A stretch of 64,000 nucleotides of DNA from Paraspadella gotoi. Lineage: Eukaryota > Animalia > Chaetognatha. Below, piece after piece: positions 36,433 through 49,089 of the stretch (position 1 is the first letter of the stretch; every line of letters begins with the position of its first letter). The stretch lies in contig CM119263.1 in assembly GCA_051294375.1 (NCBI GenBank), forward strand, positions 6,110,932-6,174,931, in the 5' to 3' direction. Below the pieces are notes generated by a model. It was not told where the DNA came from. It searched no databases and worked only from the letters and a program-made list of their open reading frames with translations. Position numbers and translations under genes: made by a program.

Positions 36433-36499
<67 letters not shown>

Positions 36500-36612
36500 G
36501 CTCGTAAAGAAAAATTTGAAAAACAGATATTAAGAAGAATGGAAAACGTAGAAAAAAGAAACAACGGTAAAAGCGGTTGAAAGTGATCGCTTGCCTCTTG
36601 GTTTACCAAATT

Positions 36613-36661
<49 letters not shown>

Positions 36662-37114
36662 GTGAGTGAGAGTGGGTGTGAGCTAATTTTTTTTAGGAAT
36701 TGAATTTTAAATTTTGATTTTTACGAAGATTTTCCAGGGAAACATGGATGAAATCATGAAGGATTTTTTCTTAGCCGTTTCTTTTTGCTTTTTAAGATTA
36801 GGACAACAAAAAAAGCTCCTGTCGATCCAAAGTGTAAAAGTAATTAAACGGGTTCAACTGGTTTAAACCGGATATCATACTTGCAAAAATAATTCGGGTC
36901 AGAACGAGAAAAGATTTTGGGTTATTGCTAGATATTTAAATTTAAAAAAAAACTATGAAGACGATATTTAAAAGAATGATTCAGTCTCAAACGACATGAA
37001 CTTTATTGAAGATACATGTAGTAAAAAACGTAATAGCTACAATTGAATTCAGTATGATCAGAATTTCAAGATTGACACAGATTTCCATAGAACTGAATCG
37101 CTCGATACAAAAAT

Positions 37115-39349
37115 TCATTTGCACAAACAAAATTTTCTCAAGTGAGGTTTGCTGTTCTTGACGCATTCTGCCAGAGAAGCGTATCTGTCGACTCTACTGA
37201 CGCCTTCGACGCCGCCGTCGATGACGTATTCGTCTTGGACGAGATGTACGCGAACGTTGGCCTGAAAAGAGGCTGGAGCCGCGTCTCTATCGTCCGGCGC
37301 CCCGGCGTCATCGACTGGCTCCGCCGTAAACTCGACCTCGTAGTCCGCGACGTCGTTGAGAGCCTCCTCGCGGAACCCGGGGATCCTGTGGTCGGCGTCT
37401 CGACTCTCGCTGAACCTAAGGAGTCGATCGTTGGGGACGACGAGTTGGGCGCCAGTCACCCGCCTTAAGATCAATTTACGGCATCGGAAACGGTCCTGGA
37501 GCGTCGCTGCATTGAGGGCGTCGACGACTGCTTGGGCACAAGCCTTCACGTAGGCGTTGCCGACGTCGACCTGACGCCTTTCCAGACAAGTGCACCAATG
37601 ATCGCTGACACCGGCGTCGACACAGCGACGCGACGATGGAAGCGCAGCGAAGAGACTGTCGCCTCGCCGAGGAAACGGCGCCGCGCCACTTTTAACGCCG
37701 CCCGTTAATTCTAGAATTTCCCGCAAAGTGGCGTGCACGTCGAATGGCGACGTAACAATTTCCGCGTTTCTTTTTAGATTTTGATATTGACTCTGAAATT
37801 CGACTCTGAACCTCGGCGGAACGAAGATCGCCATCATCGGCAGGCGCTCCTCCAGCTTGCCCTGCGTCGTCATGCGAACCTCGCTGAAGCGAGCGCCATG
37901 ATCTGACATCAGTAGAAAGAAAGTTTCGACCAAGACATCATCATCTCGCAATCTTTTTAGCATCGCCGCCAGGTCTTCGTCGGCGTACTGAACTGGGGAG
38001 TTGTCAGAGTGACTTAGTTCTACGTGCATCGCAAAGGCGAACTTGGGAACGCCTCCGTAGCGCAGGAGGAATTCCTCGAGATAATCGAAAGTGATGCGAT
38101 GCTTTTTCGCGGCGCCAAAACAAAATGGCGCCGACCGATCGGACCCGCCCGTCGATTCCATCGCCTGCCAAAATGGGCGCAAGTAGTGATCGGTTGGGCG
38201 ACTTTGGAATCCGTTGAGACGGAGACTGAAGAGTCCCATGGCGGGACTGTCCTCAGCGAAAAGCGTCACGTAGCCTCGTGACCGAAAATCCTGCCAAATT
38301 AAGGGCCAGGCGTCGGGCGTGCCGGAGCCATACACGCCGTTCCGACATTCCGGAAGCTCGTGGTCAAAAAATCCAGTGAGGAGCGGAACCACATTGGCGT
38401 TTGTCCCGTCGCCAACCACGTGATAATTACGAAGAACGACGGATCCCAATTCCTCGCTCATCAAACGATAGGATTTTGGCAGAAGGCGCTGGAACGAGAG
38501 GCGAGACAATGAATCCAGAGCCAATATGGCGACGTTGTAAGGTCTTGGCGTCGTTGCCAACGAATCCGGTACAGTTATAATTTGCGCCCTATTTTTCACT
38601 TCACTCTTCTCGTGAATCTTGGAAAAAAATTGTTGGAAAGGCGTCGGAGGGATACCTCCGGGTTCGAACCAAGGAAAGCTGATCTTTTCTGCGTCTTCGC
38701 TGATGTGCTTAGCGAAGGAGGATGCAAAGAGACGCAAGGCGAGCGTCTGGTTCCCGTTCTCCCCTCTGCTGAGGGAGACCTTCGAGAAGTTCGTGGCATT
38801 TCGAAAGATTACTTTACGCGGAGCTTTGACGGCTTCGGATGAAGACCGCTGTTCTTTCGTTTTCCTCGGGTAACAAGTAACTCGGAAAAAATCGTTTTCG
38901 ACTTCGATTAATTCTTCGGGCGCCCCCTGTCGGTAAACGTGGGAGTAAACAAAAGAAGAATCGTCGGCCCAATCAATGGCTTCGTAGTCGCAGTGCGACC
39001 AGTTCATTTCTCTCGCCAAACTCTCATTTAAGACGTAAACGCCCAGGGCGGGGTCTTGTCCTAAGAAAACGTCGCCGATGTCATTTTGGCAGCGAAGTTG
39101 CGGAAGATGGACAAAAAAGTTCCGTAACGAATCCGTTACCAAACTTAGTCGCGGTGATTCGCAGATATGACTGAGTTCTGGGCGCTTCTTCCAAAGTGAA
39201 AACAAAACGGTGTTTTGCCCGGTTTCGCTCCATTGTCGAAAATGGTAAATTATTTTGAAAGATAGCCAGAAAAACGAAAATAACAAGAACAATTTAAAAA
39301 TGTTTCGAAATTTCCGTCTTGGTCTTAACCATAATGATAATGACTTCAT
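37115..39349 (-). CDS. DUF229-family protein (alkaline phosphatase/sulfatase superfamily, type II membrane), intronless, 744 aa
   Basis: Single ORF with an N-terminal TM anchor. Metal/nucleophile motifs ILALDSLSR, GDGTNANVVPLLTG, ELSHSD, MSDHG, plus EERLP, SPFDVHATL, C..AGV..HWCTC and a C-terminal FCLC. Confidence 0.88.
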   Translation of the reverse strand: MKSLSLWLRPRRKFRNIFKLFLLFSFFWLSFKIIYHFRQWSETGQNTVLFSLWKKRPELSHICESPRLSLVTDSLRNFFVHLPQLRCQNDIGDVFLGQDPALGVYVLNESLAREMNWSHCDYEAIDWADDSSFVYSHVYRQGAPEELIEVENDFFRVTCYPRKTKEQRSSSEAVKAPRKVIFRNATNFSKVSLSRGENGNQTLALRLFASSFAKHISEDAEKISFPWFEPGGIPPTPFQQFFSKIHEKSEVKNRAQIITVPDSLATTPRPYNVAILALDSLSRLSFQRLLPKSYRLMSEELGSVVLRNYHVVGDGTNANVVPLLTGFFDHELPECRNGVYGSGTPDAWPLIWQDFRSRGYVTLFAEDSPAMGLFSLRLNGFQSRPTDHYLRPFWQAMESTGGSDRSAPFCFGAAKKHRITFDYLEEFLLRYGGVPKFAFAMHVELSHSDNSPVQYADEDLAAMLKRLRDDDVLVETFFLLMSDHGARFSEVRMTTQGKLEERLPMMAIFVPPRFRVEFQSQYQNLKRNAEIVTSPFDVHATLREILELTGGVKSGAAPFPRRGDSLFAALPSSRRCVDAGVSDHWCTCLERRQVDVGNAYVKACAQAVVDALNAATLQDRFRCRKLILRRVTGAQLVVPNDRLLRFSESRDADHRIPGFREEALNDVADYEVEFTAEPVDDAGAPDDRDAAPASFQANVRVHLVQDEYVIDGGVEGVSRVDRYASLAECVKNSKPHLRKFCLCK

Positions 39350-39850
39350 TGGTCTCGATAATATTTAGAGCTAAAGAATGTTACCCAATTCGTTGTCATT
39401 TTTCAAAATTATAAAATCTTAACCTTCACTCGGAGATAAGAGTCAGAGTCAGAGTCTGAGTCTTATCTCAGAACTGAGCACTCGATCACCCAAGTCCCAA
39501 GAGTTCAAAGACACAAATGGAATTACGGCGATTGTTCTTCTGCTCATGAACGACTATAGCTCAACTGCGAACGCTCTTAACGTCCTCCAGCGGAATTCAA
39601 AATCTTTCAAAGAATTCCGACCAATTAGAAGGCAGTATGGATGTATCAAAAATTCGACCAATCAGAGTCTTATTTTAATCATGACGTCACTTGGTAATGT
39701 CAGACGTTTGCCAAACTAACTCTTCGCTCTTCGTTAATATTTCGAACGTGCTTTCTGCATAATTATCGAGACATTTGTAAACCTTTGATAATTCGATATG
39801 CTCCCCGTATACGTTACGTAGCAAACGTTTGCGGCAGCGAAATTTAAATT
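39350..39850. promoter_or_regulatory. Putative bidirectional promoter between DUF229 and OGA
   Basis: The two ATGs are ~500 bp apart head-to-head. Two CCAAT boxes (gaccaattag ~39619, gaccaatcag ~39656) and a perfect CRE palindrome TGACGTCA at 39682-39689. Confidence 0.6.
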
Positions 39851-42800
39851 ATGGGACCTTCTGAGCCAGAAGCTATCGAGATGTCAAATGACATCGAGGC
39901 CGAGGATGCATCGGATTCGCCCAAGTTCGTCTGTGGCGTGGTTGAAGGTAAGTGTATAGAATTAAACATTTGTTTACGACTGATAACTGAGCTTTTGTGA
40001 TGGTTTTCATTAGTTATGTTTAATTATTAGTCGGGCATTTGATAATTTAAAAAATTGTCAGTTGACAAACCGAGGCCGAGGTTTGTTCATGAATGCTCGA
40101 TTTTTATGCTTGGAGACTTTTAAATCCTTTCATGTAGATGCAGCTGTGTAAGAATTAGCCGATAATCGTGGTCAATTTCGTTGCAGGGTTCTACGGACGA
40201 CCATGGTCCGAGGAACAGCGCTGCACTCTCTTTAAACGCATGGCAGCTCAGGGTTTGAATACCTACGTGTACGCTCCAAAAGACGATTACAAGCATCGCG
40301 CGTACTGGCGCGAGATGTACAACGCGGACGAGATCCAACGCATCTCGTCCCTGGTGAGAGCGGCCAAGGAGAACGGCATCGTCTTCTACTACGCCATCTC
40401 GCCCGGTCTCGACATCTCCTTTTCCAACGAAGCTGACGTGGAGGCGCTAAAGAAGAAATTGGCGCAGGTCAAAGAGTTGGGCTGCGAGGCCTTCTCTTTG
40501 CTCTTCGACGACATCGACCCTCAACTCTCTCTGGCCGACCTGCAAAAGTACCCGACCTCGGCCCACGCCCAGGCCGCCGTCACCAACGTCATGTACGAAC
40601 ACTTGGGCGGGCCCAAGTTCCTCTTCTGCCCGACGGAGTACTGCGCGACACGGGCCCTGCCCACCGTCAAGTCTTCCCCTTACCTCAATACCATCGGGAG
40701 GGAACTGCACCCGGACGTCCGCGTCATGTGGACCGGGTATCAAGTCATCTCGGCCACCATCGGTATCGATTCGATCAAGGAGGTCGGCGAGGTCTTGCGT
40801 CGTCATCCCGTTGTCTGGGACAACATCCACGCCAACGACTACGACCAGAAACGCGTTTTTCTCGGGCCATTCGACGGTCGTGCCCCGGAACTCAAGCCTC
40901 ACCTCGGTGGCGTCCTCACCAACCCCAACTGCGAGTTCGAATGCAACTGGGTTGCGGTACACACTTTGGCGCAGTGGCACCGTTGCAGCGTCTCCCTAAC
41001 GCCGCCGCCGCCTTCCTCACGGGTCGAACCCATGAAGGAAGACGACGAGAAGATCGCAACGACACCGACGACGACTCCGCTGCCGCCGAGAGACATCGCC
41101 GACGTCGCCACCGACAATTTGGTCGCCACCAACTCCCTTCAAGGCTGTGTTCCCTTCCCGCCCCCCAACGGGCCCCTGCCGCCCATCTCCAGTCCCGCGA
41201 GTCCTCCAGTCGCTGCCGCCGCTGCTGCGCTCGACGTTCAGTCATCAATCCCTGTGATAAACGGTTTCGACTCCGGTGCCTCCGACGCCGCCGCTAACCC
41301 CTTTTATTCTTCTCCGGATGTTACGCCGTTAGAGGACGGCGTCTACTGCCCTTTGACCGCCCTCAAAATTGCGCTCAAAGTAAGCTGCACCTAATTTTGA
41401 CGTTTGTAATTTTATAAATTTATAATCTGTGGCACAAATCTCTCTTTTTTTCAGAACTGGGTGAATATTTTCAACACTCCAACAAAAGCCGAGTCAGTCC
41501 GACCTTTACTCTGCAAATGGACCGCTCCGCCGATCGTTCCCGTTCCCATGGCGCCGCTTCCGGGTCCCACGACGTACGCGCCGGCGCCAGTGGTGCCAAT
41601 GGCGCCTTTTCCTTCGACGCCGATCAATCACATGAACGATCTTCAAGAGATTAAAGGGGATTCGTCTTTTCAACCCGTCTCCAATCCTGTCAACGCACTC
41701 GCCGCGTCATTGACGCCGCCTTCCTCCGAGCCTACGCCGCCCAGGATTGAAACCGGTTGGTCATGACGAACGATTATGTAATTATTTAACTTTATTAATT
41801 CATTTTGTTGACTTCTCAAGACTCCGTCGAAGCCCTAAGCGAGAACCCTTCCGGCGAACCGATGGACTGCGCTCCCTCGCCCTCCTCTTCCCCCGGCGAC
41901 AACGACTCGGGCGTCGTTGGCGTCTCCACTTCCTTCGTCTCTGATCACCCGGACGAACTGGTCAGTTTTTTTTACTTTTTTTAAAGAGTCTTCTCTTTCT
42001 CTGTTGCTTCTCTTTACTTAAAATGTACTATAATTTTATTATTCTTACTTCGTTCTTACTTATTTTTGCTTCCCACTTCCCCCTCTGTTTCAATTTTCCT
42101 TTTTCCTCTTCTCCAGTGTGACCGCGACTTGGCGTCGTCCTCCATTTCCGAGGGAGACGTCGACGTCGAATTCCGAGAAATATCCGGCCTCTCGGGTTCC
42201 TCGTCCACGGTGACGGGTTTGACGGATTCCGTGGACGAGGACGCTACCGTCGGAAGCGACGCCGCCGGGCAAGCTGACGCCATGCAAGTGGACGAAACGG
42301 CGTCGCCCAACCACGCCTCGGCCTCCATCTCGGAATCCCTCTCGTCGGAGAACACTTCCGCCAGCGGGACCAACTCTGAATCCTCCACCATCACTCTCGA
42401 CGCCAACGCGGGTCGGGAGATTTTTTCCTTTTCTTCTCGATTCACTTTCTTCCAGTCGCATGTTGCTCACGAACGTCCGCCTTTTCTTCCGCAGGTTTCA
42501 TTGAAAGCCCCGAACCCATGACTGACGAAGATATCTTCCTCTTGGCCGACCTCTTCTACACGCCCTTCGCCCACGGAAGCAGGGGACTCCATCTCCTCTT
42601 CGAGTTCGAGTGGCTTAAATGCAACGCCTACGTCGTCGAGGAGAATCGGGGAAAGAAGGAATCGTCGAAGGAGGTAAGAGTTATTTTATGATTTTTAACA
42701 ATCTTTATTCGTACTGAATATTATTTTTATTTTCTATTTTATTTTCTAAAAAAAAATTGGCCAATTGCCTATTGTAAATGTTTATTTAGAAAAAAGTTAA

Positions 42801-45800
42801 GTTTTCTGTTTAGTATGAATAAGTGAAATTTGCACTTTTCATTTCTTTTCATATAGTTTTAAAAAATTTTCGTATATGGTGTAACTTTAAAAATAATTTT
42901 GCCTTTTAATTATTTATGTTGCATTTATTTTCTTTTTATTTTTTTTTTTTTTCAGAAAAAAAAAACACAATTTGCATGTATTAATTTTGAGAGGAACGAT
43001 TACCATTTCAGGCACAACAGTGGCACGCGCGAGCGGCATCTTTTCTCACGTGCTGCTCGTTCGTGACTCGACTTTTTCGTCGTCTCCTCAAATGCGCTCA
43101 TCGTCCGCTCGTGCACGAACTTTATTCGTACATGTGGGATGTGCGATACACCATCGATATGATGGAGTCGTTCGTCAAGTGGCTGGGTAAGGTCTCCGCC
43201 CTCTTTCTCTCTTTCGCTCGATGTTGTGAAGTTTCGATCGCCGATCAAATCTCAACCCTTATATTTTTTTTTTTTTCGATGAAGCGATTCGTGACTTTTT
43301 GTCCGATTAGATGAACGAACGGTCACGATCGAAGCAAGAAATTTTCGAATTATTTATTAGGATTTATTTTGGCGAAAGACACGCGATCGACATCGAGCGA
43401 AAAACTTGGTTTTCATAGTAATATTGAGATATTAAGTTAGCCAGGGATCGGCCCAGATTGGCCAACGGGGCGTTGCTTCCAAAGCCTTTTTTTTTTGCTC
43501 GCTCTGCAATTTCAGGCGGCGGAAGAAACGGGGCGCAAAAGTAAGAAGTTTCAGGGAAAATGAGTCGGCGATAAACCATTAAAGCGCCTTCATTTTTACC
43601 CTCTGCAAAATAAATCGTTTCCCCTATTTACTTCAGATTTAAAAAAAGTATTTATCTTGGCCATCGCAGCATTATGCTTCAACGATGAGCATTTTTTGTC
43701 GTAATTCAAAGCTTTTTTTTACCCTCCGAGTTGAATTGAGGGTCGCTTTTCGGGTTTTCGCCTCCTAAAATAGAAAAAAAAACCTTTTTATTCTCACAGA
43801 TTTGTTTTCGTTGATTTTATCATTAACGTGATTTTCTTTTTTTCCCTTTTCCTCGTTGGATTCGTTGTTTTTCGGCAGCGACGGGGCATCTCCCATTCCT
43901 CAGTTGTCGTCTTCTCCAAGGCCGCCTTTCATGTACGGTTTAAGTCGAAACTTTCTGGTTTTTTCTGAAAACATTTTCTCTTTCGTTTTTTTTACTGAGG
44001 GTCGAGTGGAGTCTTAAAACTTTCGGGATTTAAGACTCCCGTCTTTTTTTTCGAGGATCTTTCCAGTGATTCGTTCGCGTTTTCGGTCTCCCCATTTGCT
44101 GATACTTCGTTCATTGTTGAGAGAAACGTTATCGAGCTTTTCGTTCGGATGGCCGTGTTATTTTTATTAATAGACTTTAAAATTATTAATTCATTGTACT
44201 TTACAAGCGAACCTCTTTGACTACCATCGACGACAATAACGACAACAACAACAACGAAAACCAACGATTGACAGCAATCACTCTCGCACGATCACAATGG
44301 AAAGCGGAAAACTCAAACTAACCTAATGATTTTAGGAATTTTAGCGAATACTGTATATTGCTAATTGCTAATACTGCTAATTGCTAATTAGTTAAACAAC
44401 TTACCTCACTTTATGGTGAAATATTAAGTTTGTATCAAAACTTCTACATATATGCTGATATAATATAAAAAATAAAATTCTAAAGTCATTCATATTTAAT
44501 ATTTGTAATATTTTAGTAAATAACACGGTCGTCATGCTGGTGTCTTCTATCGGTTCACGAACGTTTCGACCTCGTCGAGAGAGAGAGGCGTCCCTACCAC
44601 TTCCGGTGTCGCATCGTTCTTGTCCAACGCCTCGCGAGCGCGCATCTGTTCGCGAGGCCCCATTGAGTCTGAGGAATTCGTTGTCGCTAGTTTTGTCTCG
44701 TGGTTCGGCTTCCAGGTTTATTTTTGGAAAAGTTCGCTGCGTCGGCATTAGCGCTTTATCGTTTTTTCCTTGTCAGTCAGGGCCAGGATCCGCTTCCCCG
44801 CGTTCTTTATCGATGCCGAGATGTCGCACCGAACGTTTCCTCGCGCGTTTCGGGAAACGCTCGTGTCTCCGCCCGCATCACGCGCTCTCCGCGATCTCGT
44901 GCGCCTCCCTGCGTTTCGCTAGTCCCGGGCTGGGTCTCGCTCTGACCTGTCGGCGCTCGCCTGCGCGTCCCCGGGCACGCGCCTACTCCCCCCCCCCCTC
45001 TCTCTCTTCTCTCCCCCCCCTCCCATTCATCGCCTCATTTTTGAAATCTGTCTCTTCGTGATGAAAAAAAGATGGAGGAACGAGAGAATACCTCGCCAGG
45101 TAACGTTAGCTTGTCAAACTCTGTTGGAACTTGAAACAGCTTATTTTCAGTTAAAAGTCAGATCAAAGTTTTAAAAAAAATTTAAAAATATTTCTTTATA
45201 AAAACTTTGATTCGACAAAAAATTTCTCTCATTTCTCTAATCTCTCTAAAGAAGTTGTTTCAAGTTTCAAGGATAAACGTCAAGCAGTTTGAAATCCTTT
45301 ATAAAGGTTGTGCTTTGACCACTAAACCACCCAAATACCATGACGTTTTATCAAAATTCTATATTTTAGAATTCGTTAAAAAGTAGTTTAAGTATTTTTC
45401 TATTTTTTTACATAAATGTCCTGGTTCGTTTTTAAACAAGTACAAACAAATTCATCCTTATATTCATCATTTCCCTCCCGCCAATGACGCCGGTTTTTTT
45501 TTCCGCTTGTGGCGAATCCTGAACCGTAAAAACATTTCTTTAAATATTAAACTTTTTTTTAGATTCGTAATTAATTTTTTTATTCAAGCTTCGCCGTTAG
45601 CAAAAAAAGGCGAAACTATCGCCCCAAAACGGCGTCATTCGCCTCGCTAGGGTTCGAGCTAGTTTCTCCATAACAATTCGGTCGTTCCGGCAAAAGGTAC
45701 GCCGGTCCCAACGTTTTTCTCTCCTCTTTCCTTTACCGGTGGGTCGCCTCTTCTTCAACCTCGAGTCAATTGAAAGGACGAAATGGTCGATGAACCCTTA

Positions 45801-48121
45801 GAATCTGCGAGACGCCGCCGACGTTTGCCGCTCGAATCTGGGTCCCTCCGGGCGGGGATCGGATTTCGTTTCCCGCAGCCAAAGAACGAGGACGAGGCAT
45901 CGCATCGGCAAAGGAGGCGCCGGCGATCGCGTCGATCTTTTGGAAAGGTAGCGAGGTTTGGGGATGATCTTTTCCTCGTTTACATCGTCGAAGAAGCCGT
46001 CAAAAATTTTAAAAATATTTTTATTTTCTCTATTGTTACCAATTTCCTGCTTCGACGTTTGATTGATTTATCTTTTTGACGAAAGAGCACGACGATTATA
46101 TTTTTAAAGGATATTGTGCGTCGTCCTCATTCAGAAAAAAAAAATAGTTCCTGGGAAAGATCGTCCCTAAGAATTTTCGAGTGCGGTACATCCCGGTGAC
46201 TATATTTTTTACAAAATTCTCTTCTCGATAATTAATTTAAGAATATATAGTTGATAAAAATAATTACCGGGAGCCGCCTCCGAAAATTTTCCCTTGACAC
46301 AAGTTTCGAAGGAAATTTTAACTGGTCTCGACTTATTCTTCTCCTCCGGTCTGACGCTGCTTCTGCTGCCGCCGCATCTCTCTGGAACCAAAGGGTGCAC
46401 TCAAGGATACCGAGAAGCATTCACCTCCGGCGAACATGAGCCATGGGTATTTCGTGGCGGGCTTGTGGCCGAACTGCAAGTATGTCCGCAAAGGCTAAGT
46501 AGTAAAAAAAGTGATATAAATGAAAATTATAAATAATTCTTGAAAAAAGTTTAATTTATTACAATATTTGAAAAATATTCACTCTGTGGATTCACATCTT
46601 AAGGGGCTCCAATTTAAAAAAAAGACTTAGAAAACGATAACTTAGACTTATCGAGGGTTTTTTTTCGGGTTCTGGAGCTCTTTACGATTACTCCACTCCG
46701 CGCCGCAAACCACTGGCGATCGCTCCTTCGCCCCGCGCTTCTGCGCCTCCCCGCGCCGCGTCCACGGGACATCGGATGTCTCGCCCACCATAATTTCCGA
46801 TTTTAATCGTAAGGTTCCCCCCCCCCTTTTCCCCTTCCTCATCCTCGCTCCATTACTCCGCCTTCCTGTCCCGGTTCTCTCATTCTTTCTTGCCCGCGAA
46901 CCCCTTCAATTCATTACCTCTTTCGCACTGTCCGATATCACAGAGAATGTTACCCATAGAGGCCGCCAGGGACTTGTTCAATTACGGTATTCCCGATATC
47001 AGCATCGCTCTTCAGGTAATTTTTTTCTTTTTTCATTTAAAAATGCCTTTTTAATTTTAGTTTCATATACCCTTTTCCATTGATATCTCTCTCGTCCTCC
47101 AGACGTTTTCCATTCGGCCATACTCGCACGCTGACGAGATTGCGGTCTACGAGATCTGCCGCAAAACTTGTGACGACGGATCCGACGGATCGCACGGGTT
47201 TCCCAATCACCCCGACCTGATTGGCGACAAGCTCGTGGGCGCCTTCGTCACGCTATCTCCCGAGGTAAAACCCAATGTCAATTTGTTTTTTTATTTCCTT
47301 TGATTTTGCGTCGACCTTAACTTATTAATTCGTGGCGCAGCAATGCTTCGTGGTGGAGGACGACCTAGGCATCTGCGGCTACGTGGTCGCGGCGCAAGAT
47401 GCTAAGAAGTTCATTCGAATGACGGAGATGAGCTGGATCCCTGAAATGTGCCTCAAGTATCCAAAAAACTCCTTTGATTCCCCGAAAAAACTCGCAGGTT
47501 CGTAACATGATTTTATATTTTGCGTCGTTACATCCCCTATATCCTCATGATCACTCCCTCTCCCTTTTCTCCTTTCGTGTCACAGCTGACGGCCTTGCAT
47601 TGCTTCCAGATGAAGACAAATCCAATTCTAAGCCGGACATGACCCAAGTTAAGGTACAAGACTTAGTATCGAGTTGTGCTCTTTTCGCTTCGTGTACTCA
47701 ACTTACCTTTTTCTCCCCTACACGTGTCCACCAGGAGATAATCTCGAGTTTTCACTCTTTCGCGCCCTACCTTCCCGAGAGTCTCTACACTGCGTTTCCC
47801 TCGGTGCTCCGCATCGGGCTTCTTCCGCGCATTAAAGACTTTACCCTTGGCCGCCGCCTCATGGCCACGGTTTTCTCCGTACTGCGTGCTAACGGAAATC
47901 GGGGCGTCCACGTCACCATCCCCGTCGAGGATAAGCACACCACAGAGTTTTATTACAGGTTTCAATTTTTCATAATTATTAATTAATTTTAATTCGGTAA
48001 TTTTATTTGGATTTTTTTCTTTTTGATTAAACTTAATTTTGTCTTCAGCCTGGGATTCACCGAGGTCCGAGACTTGGTCGACAAACCCGAAAATATCATC
48101 GTGCTTGGAAGGATGATGTGA
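39851..48121 (+). CDS. OGA: Protein O-GlcNAcase (GH84 domain + stalk + pseudo-HAT domain), 15 exons including one cassette, ~1091 aa
   Basis: Exons 39851-39947, 40187-41379, 41455-41755, 41821-41960, 42117-42411, 42495-42673, 43012-43186, (43879-43932), 46394-46479, 46944-47015, 47103-47264, 47341-47497, 47586-47653, 47735-47958, 48049-48121; phase-consistent. Motifs CGVVEGFYGRPW, YAPKDDYKHR, catalytic LLFDDID, FCPTEYC, WDNIHANDYD, LTNPNCE, DLFYTPFAHG, EPWVFRGGL, PDLIGDKLVG. Confidence 0.96.
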
Positions 48122-49089
48122 TCAAGACTTTCGCTTTGTTTCTTTACCCACAATTAGTTTTCTTGGCTCTTTTTTTTTTCTCGAAATGTTCTGACATCGT
48201 CCTACTCGCGTTCAATCAATAACAACCCCATCCTTCGGAGATTCTATTAATCGCCATTTAACTAGTCCGTTATCAAAAACTATAATTGTTCGTCCTTAAA
48301 ACGTCTCTTTTAAATAAACTTATTCAACGTTTGTCGGACGATTGTTAAACATTTCATAATGTTGTCTTAATAATTACAGACGCAATTCATTATTGAATCT
48401 TCAGATAATCCTAAATATTCCAGTTTAATAAGCTTAAATATTAAGTTAGCTATTCAAATGACGGAGGCAAAAATGAAAATCTGAATAATTGGACAAACTC
48501 AAGGAGTGCCAATTCTTTGACGCAACTCCGAATAAAAAAACCGGATCCGCATATCTTCGAGTAATTTTGATTCGTCACGATTGGTTTGTCTCATGATAAA
48601 CTGGCAGTGCACCCTTTATCGAAGAACCACGATGCCTTTTTGTTTGGAGTCGTCCGTCCCAGTGTCGTGAGGTGGCGCTCGTTTTCTCCAAAACAGGAAT
48701 TGAATCGTGTTTCTTGACAAAGTAGAAAAATTCGACCCTCTGAAATCCAACTTTGTTCCTCTTTATTGGCCAGGGTTTTTCCCTTTCCCGGTCAACGCAT
48801 CCGCGACTTCCGATAGGATCAAGGGTTTTCCTCGTAGAGAAGCCCCGAGAATGCAGTGGTCGTCGGAAGGGGCTTCAATCTCCCCTCGTACTTCGGCGTC
48901 GTTGCCCGAAAATCAGACACTTGTTGCGTCCACAACTTAAGATTTTCGATGAGAGGGGAAAAAAACTATTTACTCTCCAGTCCGTCGATTGTTGAGTTGA
49001 AAAGTATTGAACTTCGCTGAAAACCTAATATTACAAAGAAGTTTAGTAAAGTATAGTCATTCGATAAAAAAAAAAATCTTCAATTGAGA

